NCBI RefSeq assembly: GCF_003334385.1
Contig: NZ_QOWN01000044.1
From: Escherichia coli
Lineage (GTDB): Bacteria > Pseudomonadota > Gammaproteobacteria > Enterobacterales > Enterobacteriaceae
DNA length: 37,124 nucleotides
Direction: 5' to 3' (one strand)
Part shown: positions 11,189 through 23,555 of the stretch, one piece after another
Position numbering within the stretch: the first letter of the stretch is position 1
Layout of the letters: every line of letters begins with the position of its first letter
The notes under the pieces: model-generated
Told to the model about the DNA's origin: nothing
The model's input: only the letters and a program-made list of their open reading frames with translations
Databases searched by the model: none
Made by a program: the position numbers and the translations under genes

Positions 11189-11953
11189 TTAACTTTCTTG
11201 TTCTCGTTGCGCTATTTCGCGATTTTCTTCCGCAGGTGGTGTTAATGGCCCACAAATTCGTTGCGCAAGCCACGTTGCCACCGCCACCAGCGCCCACGAA
11301 ATCAACGTAGCTACTACCAGATCGCGTGGCCAATGCATCCCGAGCAGCAGGCGGCTTCCCATGACTCCCGTTGCCCAGACCAGCAAGATAGCAATGGTTA
11401 ACGTTCGCCGACGCGGCCACAGCAAACCAACGGCCAGCAGTGCCCAACTGGCAGCAAACATCGTGTGACCGGAAGGAAAGGCAAACCCCGTCTCTTTCTG
11501 CCAGTGTGAACGCAAATATTGTGGGATATTTTTCTCTTCAGCCAACTGTTCTTTCACTAGATTTCCGCGTTCTGCTCGCTTTAAAGTGTAGAACTCATCA
11601 ACCGGAATATGATGTGTTTTTTCCAGCCAGATAACAAAAGGTCGTGGTTCCTGGACTTTGTCTTTGATCCAGGATTTAACGCCTTGTCCCACAAGGATTG
11701 CGGCCGCCAGAATGGCAAATAATACAAAGGCAGCCTTAATGCGAAAACGCAGACACCAGAGAAACCAGCCGAATAAAATCAAATGTGTAATGACGCCCCA
11801 GGGCTGGGTGACAGTTTCAGTAACCCAAAAAGCCGCTTTTAGTAGCCAACTTTGTTCTCCAGGTTGCCAACGCCAGCCAGAAATCCATACGGCTACTGGC
11901 ATGACAAGCAATAGTGCAGCTCCCACTGCGATACGTCTGGCAATCGAACGCAT
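11189..11953 (-). CDS. pgpB: Phosphatidylglycerophosphatase B (PAP2 family)
   Basis: 254 aa polytopic membrane protein with PAP2 motifs (KxxxxxxRP, PSGH, SRxxxxxHxxxD). Confidence 0.93.
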   Translation of the reverse strand: MRSIARRIAVGAALLLVMPVAVWISGWRWQPGEQSWLLKAAFWVTETVTQPWGVITHLILFGWFLWCLRFRIKAAFVLFAILAAAILVGQGVKSWIKDKVQEPRPFVIWLEKTHHIPVDEFYTLKRAERGNLVKEQLAEEKNIPQYLRSHWQKETGFAFPSGHTMFAASWALLAVGLLWPRRRTLTIAILLVWATGVMGSRLLLGMHWPRDLVVATLISWALVAVATWLAQRICGPLTPPAEENREIAQREQES

Positions 11954-12122
11954 GGCCTCTCCTTTTTGATAAGTCCCACAATCATAACTGAAAACGCCAG
12001 TTCCAGGAAAAATTGACAGATTTGTGCCATTCCGTGAACGATCGACGCGTCGTGATTAGGTGAACCCCTTCTCGTTATGGCAAAATAAGCCAATACAGAA
12101 CCAGCATTATCTGGAGAATTTC

Positions 12123-12713
12123 ATGCAGCTTAAACGTGTGGCAGAAGCCAAACTGCCAACCCCATGGGGCGATTTCCTGATGGTGGGATTTGAAGAACTG
12201 GCAACCGGACACGATCATGTCGCGCTAGTCTATGGCGATATTTCCGGGCATACCCCGGTACTTGCGCGCGTCCATTCCGAATGTCTGACCGGTGACGCCC
12301 TGTTCAGCTTGCGCTGCGATTGTGGCTTCCAGCTCGAAGCGGCATTGACGCAAATTGCCGAGGAAGGCCGTGGTATTTTGCTGTATCACCGTCAGGAAGG
12401 TCGTAACATTGGTCTGCTGAATAAAATCCGCGCTTACGCACTGCAGGATCAAGGTTACGATACCGTAGAGGCTAACCACCAGTTAGGCTTCGCCGCTGAT
12501 GAGCGCGACTTCACTCTTTGCGCTGATATGTTCAAACTCCTTGGCGTCAATGAAGTCCGCTTGTTAACCAATAACCCGAAAAAAGTCGAAATTCTGACCG
12601 AAGCAGGGATTAATATTGTTGAACGCGTACCATTGATTGTAGGTCGTAACCCCAATAACGAACATTATCTCGATACCAAAGCCGAGAAAATGGGCCATTT
12701 GCTGAACAAATAA
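12123..12713 (+). CDS. ribA: GTP cyclohydrolase II
   Basis: ORF track gives 12060..12713. I place the start at ATG 12123 ([13 protein letters not shown]...), giving 196 aa. Zinc-binding CxxC...C cluster (HSECLTGD...LRCDCG) present. Confidence 0.93.
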
Positions 12714-12734
12714 CCCTCTTGCATTGTGTAATTC

Positions 12735-12770
12735 ATTTGCTTGCCGGAAGCAAAATAACCGGCAAGCAAA
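12735..12770. terminator. Bidirectional terminator hairpin between convergent ribA and acnA
   Basis: 12-bp inverted repeat TTTGCTTGCCGG-loop-CCGGCAAGCAAA between the two stop codons. Flanking T-runs are weak. Confidence 0.5.
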
Positions 12771-12776
12771 TAGTTG

Positions 12777-15452
12777 TTACTTCAACATATTACGAATGAC
12801 ATAATGCAAAATGCCGTCGTTCTGGTAGTAGGTCAACTCCGTCGCGGTGTCGATACGACAACGGCAGGGTACGACTTCCTGGCTACCATCCGCGCGCGTA
12901 AGCGTCACCGGAACCGTCGCGCCGGGTTGTAGGTTTTGCAGATCGCCAATATCAATCTTCTCTTCCCCGGTTAGCCCTAACGTTTTACGCGTTACGCCTT
13001 GCGGAAATTCCAGCGGCAGGATGCCCATGCCAATTAAATTCGAACGGTGAATTCGTTCAAACGATTCGGCAATCACCACACGAATACCAAGCAGACGCGG
13101 ACCTTTTGCCGCCCAGTCACGACTGGAGCCTGATCCATACTCTTTCCCGGCAATCACCGCCAGCGGCGTTTGCTCCTGCTTATAGCGCATCGCAGCATCA
13201 TAAATAGAGACTACGTCGCTGTCAGGTAAATGCCGCGTCATCCCCCCTTCAACGCCAGGCACCATTTCATTACGGATGCGAATATTGGCGAAGGTGCCGC
13301 GCATCATCACTTCATGGTTACCACGCCGCGAACCGTAGGAGTTAAAGTCTTTTCGCTCAACACCCCGACCTTGTAGATATCGACCCGCTGGGCTGTCGGG
13401 CTTAATACTGCCCGCCGGAGAGATATGGTCAGTGGTGACTGAATCCCCCAGCATTGCGAGGATCCGCGCACCGTGAATATCTTCCACTGGTGCTGGTGTT
13501 GCCTGCATTTCATCAAAGAAAGGCGATAAGCGAATATAGGTTGAGTCCTCCTGCCAACCGTAGGTATCGGATCGTGTGACGTTAATTCCCTTCCACTCTG
13601 CTGTGCCTTCAAAAACTTCTGCGTACTCTTTGCGGAACATTTCTGTGGAGACTTGTTCTACCGCACGGGCAATTTCTTGTGCCGATGGCCAGATATCTTT
13701 CAGATAAACCGGATCGCCTTTGCGATCATGGCCGATAGGCTCAGAAGCCAGGTTGATATTCATATTTCCCGCCAGCGCATAGGCAACCACCAGCGGCGGC
13801 GAGGCCAGCCAGTTAGTTTTAACCAGCGGATGGATACGGCCTTCAAAGTTACGGTTGCCGGACAGCACCGCACCGACGGTTAAATCGCCTTTTTTGATTG
13901 CCGTTTCGATAGGATCGGGCAGCGGCCCAGAGTTACCAATACAGGTGGTACAACCGTATCCCACAAGGTTAAACCCCAGTTCGTCGAGATACGGTGTCAG
14001 TTTCGCTTTTGCCAGATAATCAGAAACGACTTTCGAACCCGGTGCCAGCGACGCTTTGACCCATGGTTGCCGCTTGAGGCCCAGAGTTACGGCTTTTTTC
14101 GCCAGCAAGCCTGCGGCCATCAGCACACTTGGGTTAGAGGTGTTGGTGCACGAGGTTATCGCAGCAATGACCACAGCGCCATCAGGTAACTGATACTGAT
14201 GTCCGTTCATAACATAATCGACCGGCTGGCGATCTTTATGCGTGGCATTCACTTCCAGTTCGTTACTGGCGGCAAATGCTTTTGGTACATCGGGCAGTGC
14301 AACGCGATCCTGTGGGCGTTTAGGCCCTGCCAGGCTCGCTTCAACGTCATTCATATCCAGTTCTAACGTACTGGTAAAAATTGGTTCATCGCCCGGGTTA
14401 CGCCACATGCCCTGCGCTTTGGCATATTTTTCGACCAACTCGACCTGATCTTCGCTGCGCCCGCTTAAACGCATGTAATCGAGGGTTACAGCATCGATTG
14501 GGAAGAAGCCACAGGTGGCACCATATTCTGGCGACATATTGGCAATGGTGGCGCGATCCGCCAACGGTAGTGAATCCAGACCATCACCATAAAATTCGAC
14601 GAATTTCCCCACCACGCCATGTTTGCGCAGCATTTGGGTAACAGTGAGAACCAGGTCTGTGGCGGTAATACCTTCACGTAATTTTCCGGTAAGTTTGAAG
14701 CCCACTACATCCGGGATAAGCATGGAAACCGGCTGGCCTAACATTGCGGCTTCTGCTTCGATCCCACCAACGCCCCACCCCAGCACGCCAAGGCCGTTGA
14801 TCATGGTGGTGTGCGAGTCAGTACCAACGAGTGTATCCGGATAAGCAATCCATTCACCGTCCTGCAATTCACTCCACACTGCTTTGCCGAGATATTCGAG
14901 GTTAACCTGATGGCAAATGCCTGTGCCTGGCGGCACGACGCTAAACCGACTGAACGCTTGCTTTCCCCATTTCAGGAACACATAACGTTCGTGGTTGCGC
15001 TCCATTTCCAGGCGTACGTTTTCTTCAAATGCCTCATCATCACCAAAACGATCGACGGTCACCGAGTGGTCAATGACCAGGTCGACCGGTGAGAGCGGGT
15101 TAACCTTTGCAGTATCGCCGCCGAGGCGTTTAACCGCTTCGCGCATTGCCGCCAGATCAACAACGGCAGGTACGCCGGTAAAGTCCTGCATCAGCACCCT
15201 TGCCGGGCGGTAGGCAATTTCACGGTCAGCATGGGCATTTTTCAGCCATCCTGCCAGCGCGTGGATATCCTCTTCGGTAACCGAGTTACCATCCTGCCAG
15301 CGCAGCAGGTTTTCGAGCAAAACTTTGAGTGACTTGGGTAGACGGGTGATATCGCCCAGTGATTTAGCAGCAAGCGGCAGGCTGTAGTAGTGGTAAGTTT
15401 TATCTTTGGCCTGCAACGTGTCCTTACTGGCTTCTCGTAGGGTTGACGACAT
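12777..15452 (-). CDS. acnA: Aconitate hydratase A
   Basis: 891 aa; aconitase family with the conserved Fe-S cluster cysteine ligands. Length and sequence match AcnA as I remember it. Confidence 0.96.
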   Translation of the reverse strand: MSSTLREASKDTLQAKDKTYHYYSLPLAAKSLGDITRLPKSLKVLLENLLRWQDGNSVTEEDIHALAGWLKNAHADREIAYRPARVLMQDFTGVPAVVDLAAMREAVKRLGGDTAKVNPLSPVDLVIDHSVTVDRFGDDEAFEENVRLEMERNHERYVFLKWGKQAFSRFSVVPPGTGICHQVNLEYLGKAVWSELQDGEWIAYPDTLVGTDSHTTMINGLGVLGWGVGGIEAEAAMLGQPVSMLIPDVVGFKLTGKLREGITATDLVLTVTQMLRKHGVVGKFVEFYGDGLDSLPLADRATIANMSPEYGATCGFFPIDAVTLDYMRLSGRSEDQVELVEKYAKAQGMWRNPGDEPIFTSTLELDMNDVEASLAGPKRPQDRVALPDVPKAFAASNELEVNATHKDRQPVDYVMNGHQYQLPDGAVVIAAITSCTNTSNPSVLMAAGLLAKKAVTLGLKRQPWVKASLAPGSKVVSDYLAKAKLTPYLDELGFNLVGYGCTTCIGNSGPLPDPIETAIKKGDLTVGAVLSGNRNFEGRIHPLVKTNWLASPPLVVAYALAGNMNINLASEPIGHDRKGDPVYLKDIWPSAQEIARAVEQVSTEMFRKEYAEVFEGTAEWKGINVTRSDTYGWQEDSTYIRLSPFFDEMQATPAPVEDIHGARILAMLGDSVTTDHISPAGSIKPDSPAGRYLQGRGVERKDFNSYGSRRGNHEVMMRGTFANIRIRNEMVPGVEGGMTRHLPDSDVVSIYDAAMRYKQEQTPLAVIAGKEYGSGSSRDWAAKGPRLLGIRVVIAESFERIHRSNLIGMGILPLEFPQGVTRKTLGLTGEEKIDIGDLQNLQPGATVPVTLTRADGSQEVVPCRCRIDTATELTYYQNDGILHYVIRNMLK

Positions 15453-15615
15453 AGCTCCTCCTTAATGACAGGGTTGCGAAGCCCTGATTCTCTTCAGGGT
15501 GAATATTAAAGATAACACAAACATCGCGTAACGATTTGATAACAACCCAAATTGATAAAAGAGGAGAAACCTTGTGGCAAAGCAAATGACAACCCCGCCG
15601 CAGCGGGGTCAAGGA

Positions 15616-15696
15616 TCAGTGAGTAATGATCCAGAGGAGTTCGGCCCAGAAGAGCATCGACAGAGAAAACGCGCCCATCCAGGACCAATATTTCAT
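15616..15696 (-). CDS. Candidate small hydrophobic protein upstream of acnA (26 aa, MKYWSWMGAFSLSMLFWAELLWIITH)
   Basis: ATG-initiated 26-codon ORF on the acnA strand in the acnA leader region. Predicted single transmembrane helix. Below the 60-aa track cutoff; may be a real small protein or a chance ORF. Confidence 0.3.
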   Translation of the reverse strand: MKYWSWMGAFSLSMLFWAELLWIITH

Positions 15697-15824
15697 ATTT
15701 GTGTTGATCATAGGCTACACCCTTAACGGTTATTATTTTGTGTTGAGATAACTCAAGCTGTTATTGCTGCGGTGTATTAAAAGCCCTTTAATTCATTAAA
15801 AATGGGTAATAAGAATGATGATAA

Positions 15825-15992
15825 TTATTGTTTCGGCTGATCATCTTCAGCAAACAGTTCTATAAAGGCTTGCTGCTGCGATGTTAGTTGCCAGTCGTCT
15901 GGAATAACGACGGAACATTCCCGTTTCGTTTCTGTTTCATTGTCACTATGCTGGCATAATGGTGACGACTCCAGTTGCTCCTGACCGACCAT
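15825..15992 (-). CDS. yciX: Small protein YciX (55 aa)
   Basis: ATG at 15992 gives MVGQEQLESSPLCQHSDNETETKRECSVVIPDDWQ..., 55 aa. The start overlaps the stop of the upstream small ORF (TAACTATG arrangement). The ORF-track start at 16013 is a TTG 7 codons upstream. Confidence 0.6.
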   Translation of the reverse strand: MVGQEQLESSPLCQHSDNETETKRECSVVIPDDWQLTSQQQAFIELFAEDDQPKQ

Positions 15993-15994
15993 AG

Positions 15995-16135
15995 TTATCC
16001 CCACACTTTCCAAATCAGCAGTGCGACAACCACCCAGAAAAGTGCAGAACCAAGAAAAACCGCCAGCCAGGCTTTACGTTTTAATTCAGGATCGCGGCGG
16101 GGTTCCTGATTTCCAGAAGGCATTGCTAACCTCAT
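15995..16135 (-). CDS. ymiA: Small membrane protein YmiA (46 aa)
   Basis: ATG-initiated 46-aa ORF (MRLAMPSGNQEPRRDPELKRKAWLAVFLGSALFWVVVALLIWKVWG) with one predicted transmembrane helix. Its stop lies 2 nt upstream of the yciX ATG, suggesting translational coupling. Confidence 0.55.
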   Translation of the reverse strand: MRLAMPSGNQEPRRDPELKRKAWLAVFLGSALFWVVVALLIWKVWG

Positions 16136-16408
16136 ATAATCGCCATCACTTATCAGCAAGACGTTGAACGATTGGTGTAATTAATCATACGATGAGACAA
16201 ATCCTAAAGAAACTTTAGTCAAAAATCCAGCGAATTTACGAATCGTCTCCAGTGAATAATTCAATCTTTTGACCTGAAATAGATATTTGAAAACTGGAGT
16301 TTGCGAGGCGGGTAATTAGACACTACTTTACAGGTAATTTACCCTATAAATATGAGGGATAAAAATATTGTGCACGGTATAGAAATAAGTAACAAAAGAG
16401 AATATATT

Positions 16409-16436
16409 CCGGCACCTTCGCTACATAAAAGGTGCC
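16409..16436 (-). terminator. Putative terminator hairpin downstream of cysB
   Basis: CGGCACCTT-loop-AAGGTGCCG inverted repeat, 18 nt past the cysB stop. The T-run on the minus strand is modest. Confidence 0.4.
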
Positions 16437-16453
16437 GAAAATAACGCAAGAAA

Positions 16454-17452
<999 letters not shown>

Positions 17453-17574
17453 TCAGAACATCGTTTTTTCGTCACACCTGGCGGGTGACTAATACGATTT
17501 AATAATAAAAAAGGTGCTAACTATAACCACTATATCATTTATAGCCTTAGTGTATAGGTGTGAAGAAAAAATAA

Positions 17575-17608
17575 TATGCAATAAAAAAGGGCCGCTTTCG
17601 CGACCCTT
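17575..17608 (-). terminator. Intrinsic terminator after topA
   Basis: Minus strand reads AAGGGTCGCGAAAGCGGCCCTT followed by TTTTTTATT, 30 nt after the topA stop. Confidence 0.6.
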
Positions 17609-17637
17609 TGTTTATAAAAACCTGACAGAATTAAAGG

Positions 17638-20235
17638 TTATTTTTTTCCTTCAACCCATTTGCCATCAACATAAAATGCTGACCAGCCAGTCGCCTTTCC
17701 GTCTTTTTCCGAAGAGACATATTGCTGTTTGGTTTTACGGCTAAAGCGAACCATGGTCTTATTACCTTCCGGATCCTGCTGTGGCGCATCGGCCAGATAA
17801 CGCAGTTTTTCCGGCAGACGGTCGCGGAAGCGATAAAGCTCTTCCACCAGTGGCGCACGCGTTTCACGCGATTTCGGGAAAGTGTTGGCAGCCAGGAACA
17901 CACCGGCAGCACCGTCACGCAGCACGAAATAAGCATCTGATTTTTCGCACGGCAGCTCAGGTAATGGCACCGGATCTTCTTTCGGTGGTGCCACTTCGCC
18001 GTTACGTAAAATCTTACGTGTGTTTTTACACTCTTCGTTGGTGCAGGCCATGTATTTACCGAAACGCCCCATTTTCAGGTGCATTTCAGAGCCACATTTT
18101 TCACACTCAACGATCGGGCCGTCATAACCTTTAATGCGGAATTCGCCCTCTTCGATCTCGTAACCGTCGCAGGTTGGGTTATTACCACAGACATGCAACT
18201 TACGTTTCGGATCGATGAGATAGCTGTCCATCGCCGTGCCGCATTTCGGGCAACGACGTTTTGCGCGCAGCGCGTTGGTTTCAGCATCTTCGCCTTCCAG
18301 CACGTTCAGCACTTCGTTTTCCGGCACCAGGTTAATGGTGGTTTTGCAACGCTCTTTCGGCGGCAGCGCATAGCCAGAACAGCCAAGGAATACCCCGGTG
18401 CTCGCTGTGCGAATCCCCATTTTGCGACCACAAGTCGGGCAGTCAATGCTGGTCAGAACCATCTGGTTCGGGCGCATACCACCCTCTTCCGGATCTTTTT
18501 CAGCTTTATCTAACTGCTGGGTGAAATCCGAGAAGAAGTGATCCAGTACAGCTTTCCACTCTGCTTCGTGATTTGCCACCTGGTCGAGGCTGTTTTCCAT
18601 CTGCGCGGTAAAGTCGTAGTTCATTAACTCGCGGAAATTTTCTTCAAGGCGATCGGTGACGATTTCGCCCATTTTTTCCGCATAGAAACGACGATTTTCT
18701 ACTCGCACGTAGCCACGATCCTGAATGGTCGAAATGATCGACGCATAGGTAGACGGACGACCGATACCGCGTTTTTCCAGCTCTTTAACCAGCGATGCTT
18801 CACTGAAACGGGCTGGCGGCTTGGTAAAGTGCTGGGCTGGTGTAAGTTCAACGAGCGTCAGAGCATCGCCTTTATTAACTGCTGGTAAGATGCGATCTTC
18901 ATCGCCTTTACGCAACGCAGGCATCACTTTTGTCCAGCCATCAAAACGCAAAATACGACCGCGTGCTTTCAGGCGGAAATCGCCCGCACCAACGGTCAGC
19001 GTCGTGGAGTCATATTTCGCTGGGGTCATCTGGCAGGCAACGAACTGACGCCAGATTAACTGGTACAGTTTCTGCGCATCTGCTTCCATATCCTTCAGCG
19101 ATTCCGCCATCACATTGACGTCAGAAGGACGAATCGCTTCGTGCGCTTCCTGTGAGTTTTCTTTGCTGGCGTACTGATTCGGACTTTCCGGCAGATATTT
19201 CTTACCAAAATTATCGCTGATATAACCGCGAACCATATTTACCGCGTCCTGACTCAGGTTAGTGGAGTCGGTACGCATGTAAGTGATATAGCCTGCTTCA
19301 TACAAACGCTGCGCCATCATCATGGTTTTTTTCACGCCAAATCCAAGACGGGTGCTGGCAGCTTGTTGCAGCGTAGAGGTAATAAAAGGAGCGCCAGGTT
19401 TACTGGTTGTCGGTTTGTCTTCACGTTCCAGCACGCTGTAGCGCGCTTTTTCCAGCAGACTTACCGCAGCCTGAGTTTGTTCTTTGTTGACCGGACGGAA
19501 CGGTTTGTCGTTCTGATGAGTCACCTGTAACGCCAACGCTTCACCAGATGGCGTGGTCGTGCTGGCATCGACTTCCCAGAACTCTTCCGGCACGAACGCT
19601 TTAATTTCACGCTCACGCTCGACCACCAGGCGAACCGCCACCGACTGCACACGACCGGCAGACAGACCACGAGCGATCTTTTTCCATAGCAGCGGCGAAA
19701 CCATATACCCCACCACGCGGTCCATAAAGCGACGCGCCTGCTGGGCATTAACACGATCAATATTCAGCTCACCCGGTTTGTTAAATGCCTGGCGGATCGC
19801 GTTTTTAGTAATTTCGTTAAACACCACTCGGCTATAGCGCGCATCATCACCCCCAATCACTTCCCGCAGGTGCCATGCAATGGCTTCCCCTTCGCGGTCA
19901 AGGTCGGTTGCGAGATAGATGTGGTCGGCTTTTTCAGCCAGTTGTTTCAGTTCAGAGACGACCTTCTCTTTACCAGGCAACACTTCATAGTGCGCCTCCC
20001 AATTGTGCCACGGGTCAACCCCCATACGGTTGACGAGAGCGCCACGTTCATCCTTTTTAGGCTTTTTAGCCGTCTTGGTGGAGGTAGAGTCGGCACTCTT
20101 TTTGGCAGCTGAGCCACTGGTCGGCAAATCGCGGATGTGACCGACGCTGGATTTCACCACGTAGTCACTACCCAGATACTTGTTGATCGTTTTGGCTTTT
20201 GCCGGGGACTCAACGATGACAAGAGCTTTACCCAT
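17638..20235 (-). CDS. topA: DNA topoisomerase I
   Basis: ORF track gives 17638..20277. I place the start at the ATG at 20235 ([22 protein letters not shown]...), giving 865 aa. Toprim domain, active-site region and C-terminal zinc-ribbon Cys motifs present. Confidence 0.96.
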   Translation of the reverse strand: MGKALVIVESPAKAKTINKYLGSDYVVKSSVGHIRDLPTSGSAAKKSADSTSTKTAKKPKKDERGALVNRMGVDPWHNWEAHYEVLPGKEKVVSELKQLAEKADHIYLATDLDREGEAIAWHLREVIGGDDARYSRVVFNEITKNAIRQAFNKPGELNIDRVNAQQARRFMDRVVGYMVSPLLWKKIARGLSAGRVQSVAVRLVVEREREIKAFVPEEFWEVDASTTTPSGEALALQVTHQNDKPFRPVNKEQTQAAVSLLEKARYSVLEREDKPTTSKPGAPFITSTLQQAASTRLGFGVKKTMMMAQRLYEAGYITYMRTDSTNLSQDAVNMVRGYISDNFGKKYLPESPNQYASKENSQEAHEAIRPSDVNVMAESLKDMEADAQKLYQLIWRQFVACQMTPAKYDSTTLTVGAGDFRLKARGRILRFDGWTKVMPALRKGDEDRILPAVNKGDALTLVELTPAQHFTKPPARFSEASLVKELEKRGIGRPSTYASIISTIQDRGYVRVENRRFYAEKMGEIVTDRLEENFRELMNYDFTAQMENSLDQVANHEAEWKAVLDHFFSDFTQQLDKAEKDPEEGGMRPNQMVLTSIDCPTCGRKMGIRTASTGVFLGCSGYALPPKERCKTTINLVPENEVLNVLEGEDAETNALRAKRRCPKCGTAMDSYLIDPKRKLHVCGNNPTCDGYEIEEGEFRIKGYDGPIVECEKCGSEMHLKMGRFGKYMACTNEECKNTRKILRNGEVAPPKEDPVPLPELPCEKSDAYFVLRDGAAGVFLAANTFPKSRETRAPLVEELYRFRDRLPEKLRYLADAPQQDPEGNKTMVRFSRKTKQQYVSSEKDGKATGWSAFYVDGKWVEGKK

Positions 20236-20614
20236 ATTCACCTTACCTAATTTGATTCTTCCAGGAATGCGTCGCACGTTGATAAACCTTCCACTGGCAA
20301 CGAGTTACCGATATGGACTCGCTCTCTGCGGATATCAACCCCTTGTCGTGACTCTGTTCACGAAAATTCAGGTGACTGAGTTAACAGGTCTTGGCCTACA
20401 GGCGCTATAGCACGACGGAATTTTGGTCGAATGTCAAGCAAATCTATTGCCAGATTGACGAAAGCGTCACACTGTACCTGATAAAATCCGATACGCAACT
20501 TTATTAGCATGCAAAATCCAAAGTTGCCAGTAAGGCGCTCTTGCCACCAGCGTGGTATATTTGTCTGCAAGCCATGCCTGGCGTAGACTAATGTCCTTGT
20601 TTAAGGAGTAAATA

Positions 20615-20866
20615 ATGAACAAAGAGACACAACCCATCGACCGCGAAACGCTGTTGAAAGAGGCCAACAAAATCATTCGTGAGCATGAGGATACGCTCGC
20701 AGGGATTGAAGCCACCGGCGTCACGCAGCGTAATGGCGTGCTGGTATTTACCGGCGACTACTTTTTAGATGAACAAGGATTGCCAACAGCCAAAAGCACC
20801 GCGGTGTTTAATATGTTCAAACACCTGGCCCATGTGCTTTCAGAAAAATATCATCTGGTTGATTAA
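20615..20866 (+). CDS. yciN: DUF2498-family protein YciN
   Basis: 83 aa ORF with AAGGAG upstream of the ATG; divergent from topA, as in K-12. Confidence 0.85.
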
Positions 20867-20870
20867 AGCA

Positions 20871-20902
20871 AAACGCGAGGTCTTAGCCTCGCGTTTGTCT
20901 TT
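20871..20902. terminator. Terminator hairpin between convergent yciN and sohB
   Basis: AACGCGAGG-tcttag-CCTCGCGTT followed by TGTCTTTT, immediately after the yciN stop. Confidence 0.6.
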
Positions 20903-21951
20903 TACATCAATGGCTTTTGACCCCGCTGCCACCAGCGTAGCAACAATCGATCGGCGCTCTCTGCCGCGCTGCCGGTGAATCGGTCAATGAGTCGTTTACG
21001 CTGCATATAGCGTACATTGACCACTTCACGGCCTTCCATCAGGCTAAGAATAACTTCATCACTGGTGTTGATTTCATCAACCAGGCCTTTCTCTACCGCC
21101 TGTTGTCCGTACCAGTGTTCACCCGTTGCCACCTGTTCAATATCCAGAGAAGGACGCATACGCTTCACAAAATCTTTAAACAACTGATGCGTTTCGTTCA
21201 ACTCTTCGCGGAATTTCTCCCGCCCTTCTTCGGTATTTTCACCCAGCAACGTCAGCGTGCGCTTATACTGCCCGGCAGTGTGCAGTTCGATATCAATATC
21301 TTTGCTTTTCAGGAAGCGGTTAAAGTTGGGCATTTGCGCCACCACGCCAATGGAACCCACAATAGCAAACGGTGCGGAAACAATTTTGTCCGCCACACAG
21401 GCCATCATGTAACCGCCGCTGGCAGCGACTTTGTCTACCGTAACAGTTAAAGGAATGTTTTTATCGCGCAGACGCTGCAGTTGCGAAGCCGCCAGCCCGT
21501 AACCATGCACCATGCCACCAGGGCTTTCCAGACGGAGCACAACCTGATCCTGCGGTTTGAATGCTGCGAGTACAGCCGTTATCTCTTCACGTAGCGAGTT
21601 CACTTCATGGGCGTCCATGCTGCCTTTAAAATCCAGCACCCAGACGCGGGGTTTACTGTCAGTTGCCACCTCGCCCAGTTTGGCTTTCGCTTTTGCTGCT
21701 TTCGCTTCTTGCTTATGCTTTTTCTTCTGCGCTTTGTGCCACTGTTTTTGCTGATGTGAGTCCATCAGCGCCGCGGCCAGTTCTTCTTTCATCTCCTTAT
21801 ACTGTTCGCTGAGATTGTTGACCCGTAACTCGCCACGCTGGCGTTTATTACGTTGAGCAACATTGACAATAATGGCGGCAATCGCCGCAATCGCTAGCAC
21901 AACGGTAACGATTTTCGCCAAAAACAAACCATATTCAGACAACAATTCCAC
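20902..21951 (-). CDS. sohB: S49-family peptidase SohB
   Basis: 349 aa; N-terminal transmembrane helix and ClpP/SppA-type serine peptidase fold. Confidence 0.93.
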   Translation of the reverse strand: MELLSEYGLFLAKIVTVVLAIAAIAAIIVNVAQRNKRQRGELRVNNLSEQYKEMKEELAAALMDSHQQKQWHKAQKKKHKQEAKAAKAKAKLGEVATDSKPRVWVLDFKGSMDAHEVNSLREEITAVLAAFKPQDQVVLRLESPGGMVHGYGLAASQLQRLRDKNIPLTVTVDKVAASGGYMMACVADKIVSAPFAIVGSIGVVAQMPNFNRFLKSKDIDIELHTAGQYKRTLTLLGENTEEGREKFREELNETHQLFKDFVKRMRPSLDIEQVATGEHWYGQQAVEKGLVDEINTSDEVILSLMEGREVVNVRYMQRKRLIDRFTGSAAESADRLLLRWWQRGQKPLM

Positions 21952-22170
21952 GAGTCCCCACCTTGGTTAAACAACGCTTTGGCTCACAGTTTACAACAGG
22001 CATGTTAAGCCGTCTCGCAGAGATGTTATTGCAGCGAAAGTATGACAAAGTATCCATTTTGCGGTGTTATCGCCCCAGGCTGATTGAAATGCCCTTCTGT
22101 TTCAGGCATAAAGCCCCAAAGTCATAAAGTACACTGGCAGCGCGACAGACAACGTCGTTGAGGAGTAGCC

Positions 22171-22929
22171 ATGCATTACCAGCCAAAACAAGATTTACTC
22201 AATGATCGCATTATCCTGGTGACGGGAGCCAGCGATGGTATTGGTCGTGAAGCCGCGATGACGTATGCACGCTATGGTGCGACAGTGATTCTGTTGGGCC
22301 GTAATGAAGAAAAATTACGTCAGGTAGCCAGCCACATAAACGAAGAAACTGGGCGTCAGCCACAGTGGTTTATTCTCGATTTGCTGACCTGCACGTCCGA
22401 AAATTGCCAACAACTGGCACAGCGCATTGCCGTTAATTATCCGCGTCTGGATGGTGTTTTGCATAATGCCGGATTGCTCGGCGATGTTTGCCCAATGAGC
22501 GAACAAAATCCGCAGGTCTGGCAGGACGTCATGCAGGTCAACGTTAATGCCACCTTTATGCTCACCCAGGCACTGCTTCCTTTATTACTCAAATCGGACG
22601 CCGGTTCACTGGTCTTTACTTCATCAAGCGTTGGACGTCAGGGACGAGCCAACTGGGGTGCATATGCAGCGTCGAAATTTGCCACCGAAGGGATGATGCA
22701 GGTACTGGCCGATGAATATCAGCAGCGCCTGCGTGTCAACTGCATTAACCCAGGCGGTACGCGCACCGCAATGCGTGCCAGCGCCTTCCCGACCGAAGAT
22801 CCACAGAAACTTAAAACACCCGCTGATATCATGCCGCTCTACCTCTGGCTGATGGGCGATGACAGCCGCCGTAAAACCGGCATGACCTTTGACGCCCAAC
22901 CGGGCCGTAAACCAGGAATTTCCCAATGA
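22171..22929 (+). CDS. yciK: Short-chain dehydrogenase/reductase YciK
   Basis: 252 aa; TGASDGIG Rossmann motif and the Y...K catalytic pair (YAASK). AGGAG upstream of the ATG. Confidence 0.92.
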   Translation: MHYQPKQDLLNDRIILVTGASDGIGREAAMTYARYGATVILLGRNEEKLRQVASHINEETGRQPQWFILDLLTCTSENCQQLAQRIAVNYPRLDGVLHNAGLLGDVCPMSEQNPQVWQDVMQVNVNATFMLTQALLPLLLKSDAGSLVFTSSSVGRQGRANWGAYAASKFATEGMMQVLADEYQQRLRVNCINPGGTRTAMRASAFPTEDPQKLKTPADIMPLYLWLMGDDSRRKTGMTFDAQPGRKPGISQ

Positions 22930-23516
22930 GTGATGAACGCTACCAACAGCGTCAGCAGCGAGTGAAAGAAAAAGTAGATGCTCGTGTGGCCCAGGCCCAG
23001 GATGAACGCGGTATTATCATCGTCTTTACCGGCAATGGAAAAGGCAAAACCACCGCGGCATTTGGTACGGCAACACGCGCAGTTGGTCACGGAAAAAAAG
23101 TAGGCGTCGTGCAGTTTATTAAAGGCACCTGGCCTAATGGCGAACGCAATCTGCTGGAGCCACATGGCGTTGAGTTTCAGGTGATGGCAACGGGCTTTAC
23201 CTGGGATACACAAAACCGCGAGTCTGATACCGCCGCCTGCCGCGAAGTCTGGCAACATGCAAAGCGGATGCTTGCTGATTCCTCACTGGATATGGTTTTG
23301 CTTGATGAACTGACGTATATGGTGGCGTATGACTATTTGCCACTGGAAGAAGTGGTGCAGGCGTTAAATGAACGTCCACATCAACAGACGGTGATTATCA
23401 CGGGTCGTGGTTGTCATCGGGATATTCTTGAACTGGCAGATACGGTAAGTGAATTACGCCCCGTCAAACATGCGTTTGATGCCGGTGTAAAAGCGCAGAT
23501 AGGGATCGATTATTAA
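22926..23516 (+). CDS. btuR: Cob(I)yrinic acid a,c-diamide adenosyltransferase (BtuR/CobO)
   Basis: 196 aa; P-loop-like GNGKGKTTAAFG. The start overlaps the yciK stop (ATGA), as expected for the yciK-btuR operon. Confidence 0.93.
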   Translation: MSDERYQQRQQRVKEKVDARVAQAQDERGIIIVFTGNGKGKTTAAFGTATRAVGHGKKVGVVQFIKGTWPNGERNLLEPHGVEFQVMATGFTWDTQNRESDTAACREVWQHAKRMLADSSLDMVLLDELTYMVAYDYLPLEEVVQALNERPHQQTVIITGRGCHRDILELADTVSELRPVKHAFDAGVKAQIGIDY

Positions 23517-23525
23517 TCTGTAAAA

Positions 23526-23548
23526 ATGCCGGATATGACGTCCGGCAT
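23526..23548 (-). terminator. Terminator hairpin between convergent btuR and rluB
   Basis: ATGCCGGA-loop-TCCGGCAT. On the minus strand it is followed by TTTTTA, so it is best placed as the rluB terminator. Confidence 0.5.
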
Positions 23549-23555
23549 ACTTTGA

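Noticed and set aside
11085-11447. 120-aa minus-strand ORF overlapping the 3' end of pgpB
   Set aside because: Out-of-frame overlap with pgpB running into the lapA-pgpB intergenic region; product is Ala/Gly/Arg-rich low-complexity. Likely spurious.
15506-15688. 60-aa TTG-initiated minus-strand ORF upstream of acnA
   Set aside because: Starts at a TTG without a ribosome-binding site and is out of frame with the better-supported ATG-initiated 26-aa ORF in the same region; probably a chance frame through the acnA leader.
21103-21450. 115-aa plus-strand ORF inside sohB
   Set aside because: Antisense to sohB; no start signals.
22839-23258. 139-aa minus-strand ORF spanning the yciK/btuR junction
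   Set aside because: Antisense to two well-supported coupled genes.
23526-23548. Possible REP/BIME element at the btuR-rluB palindrome
   Set aside because: The sequence ATGCCGGATATGACGTCCGGCAT is a simple hairpin and lacks the REP consensus (GCCGGATGCGGCG-type); better explained as a terminator.
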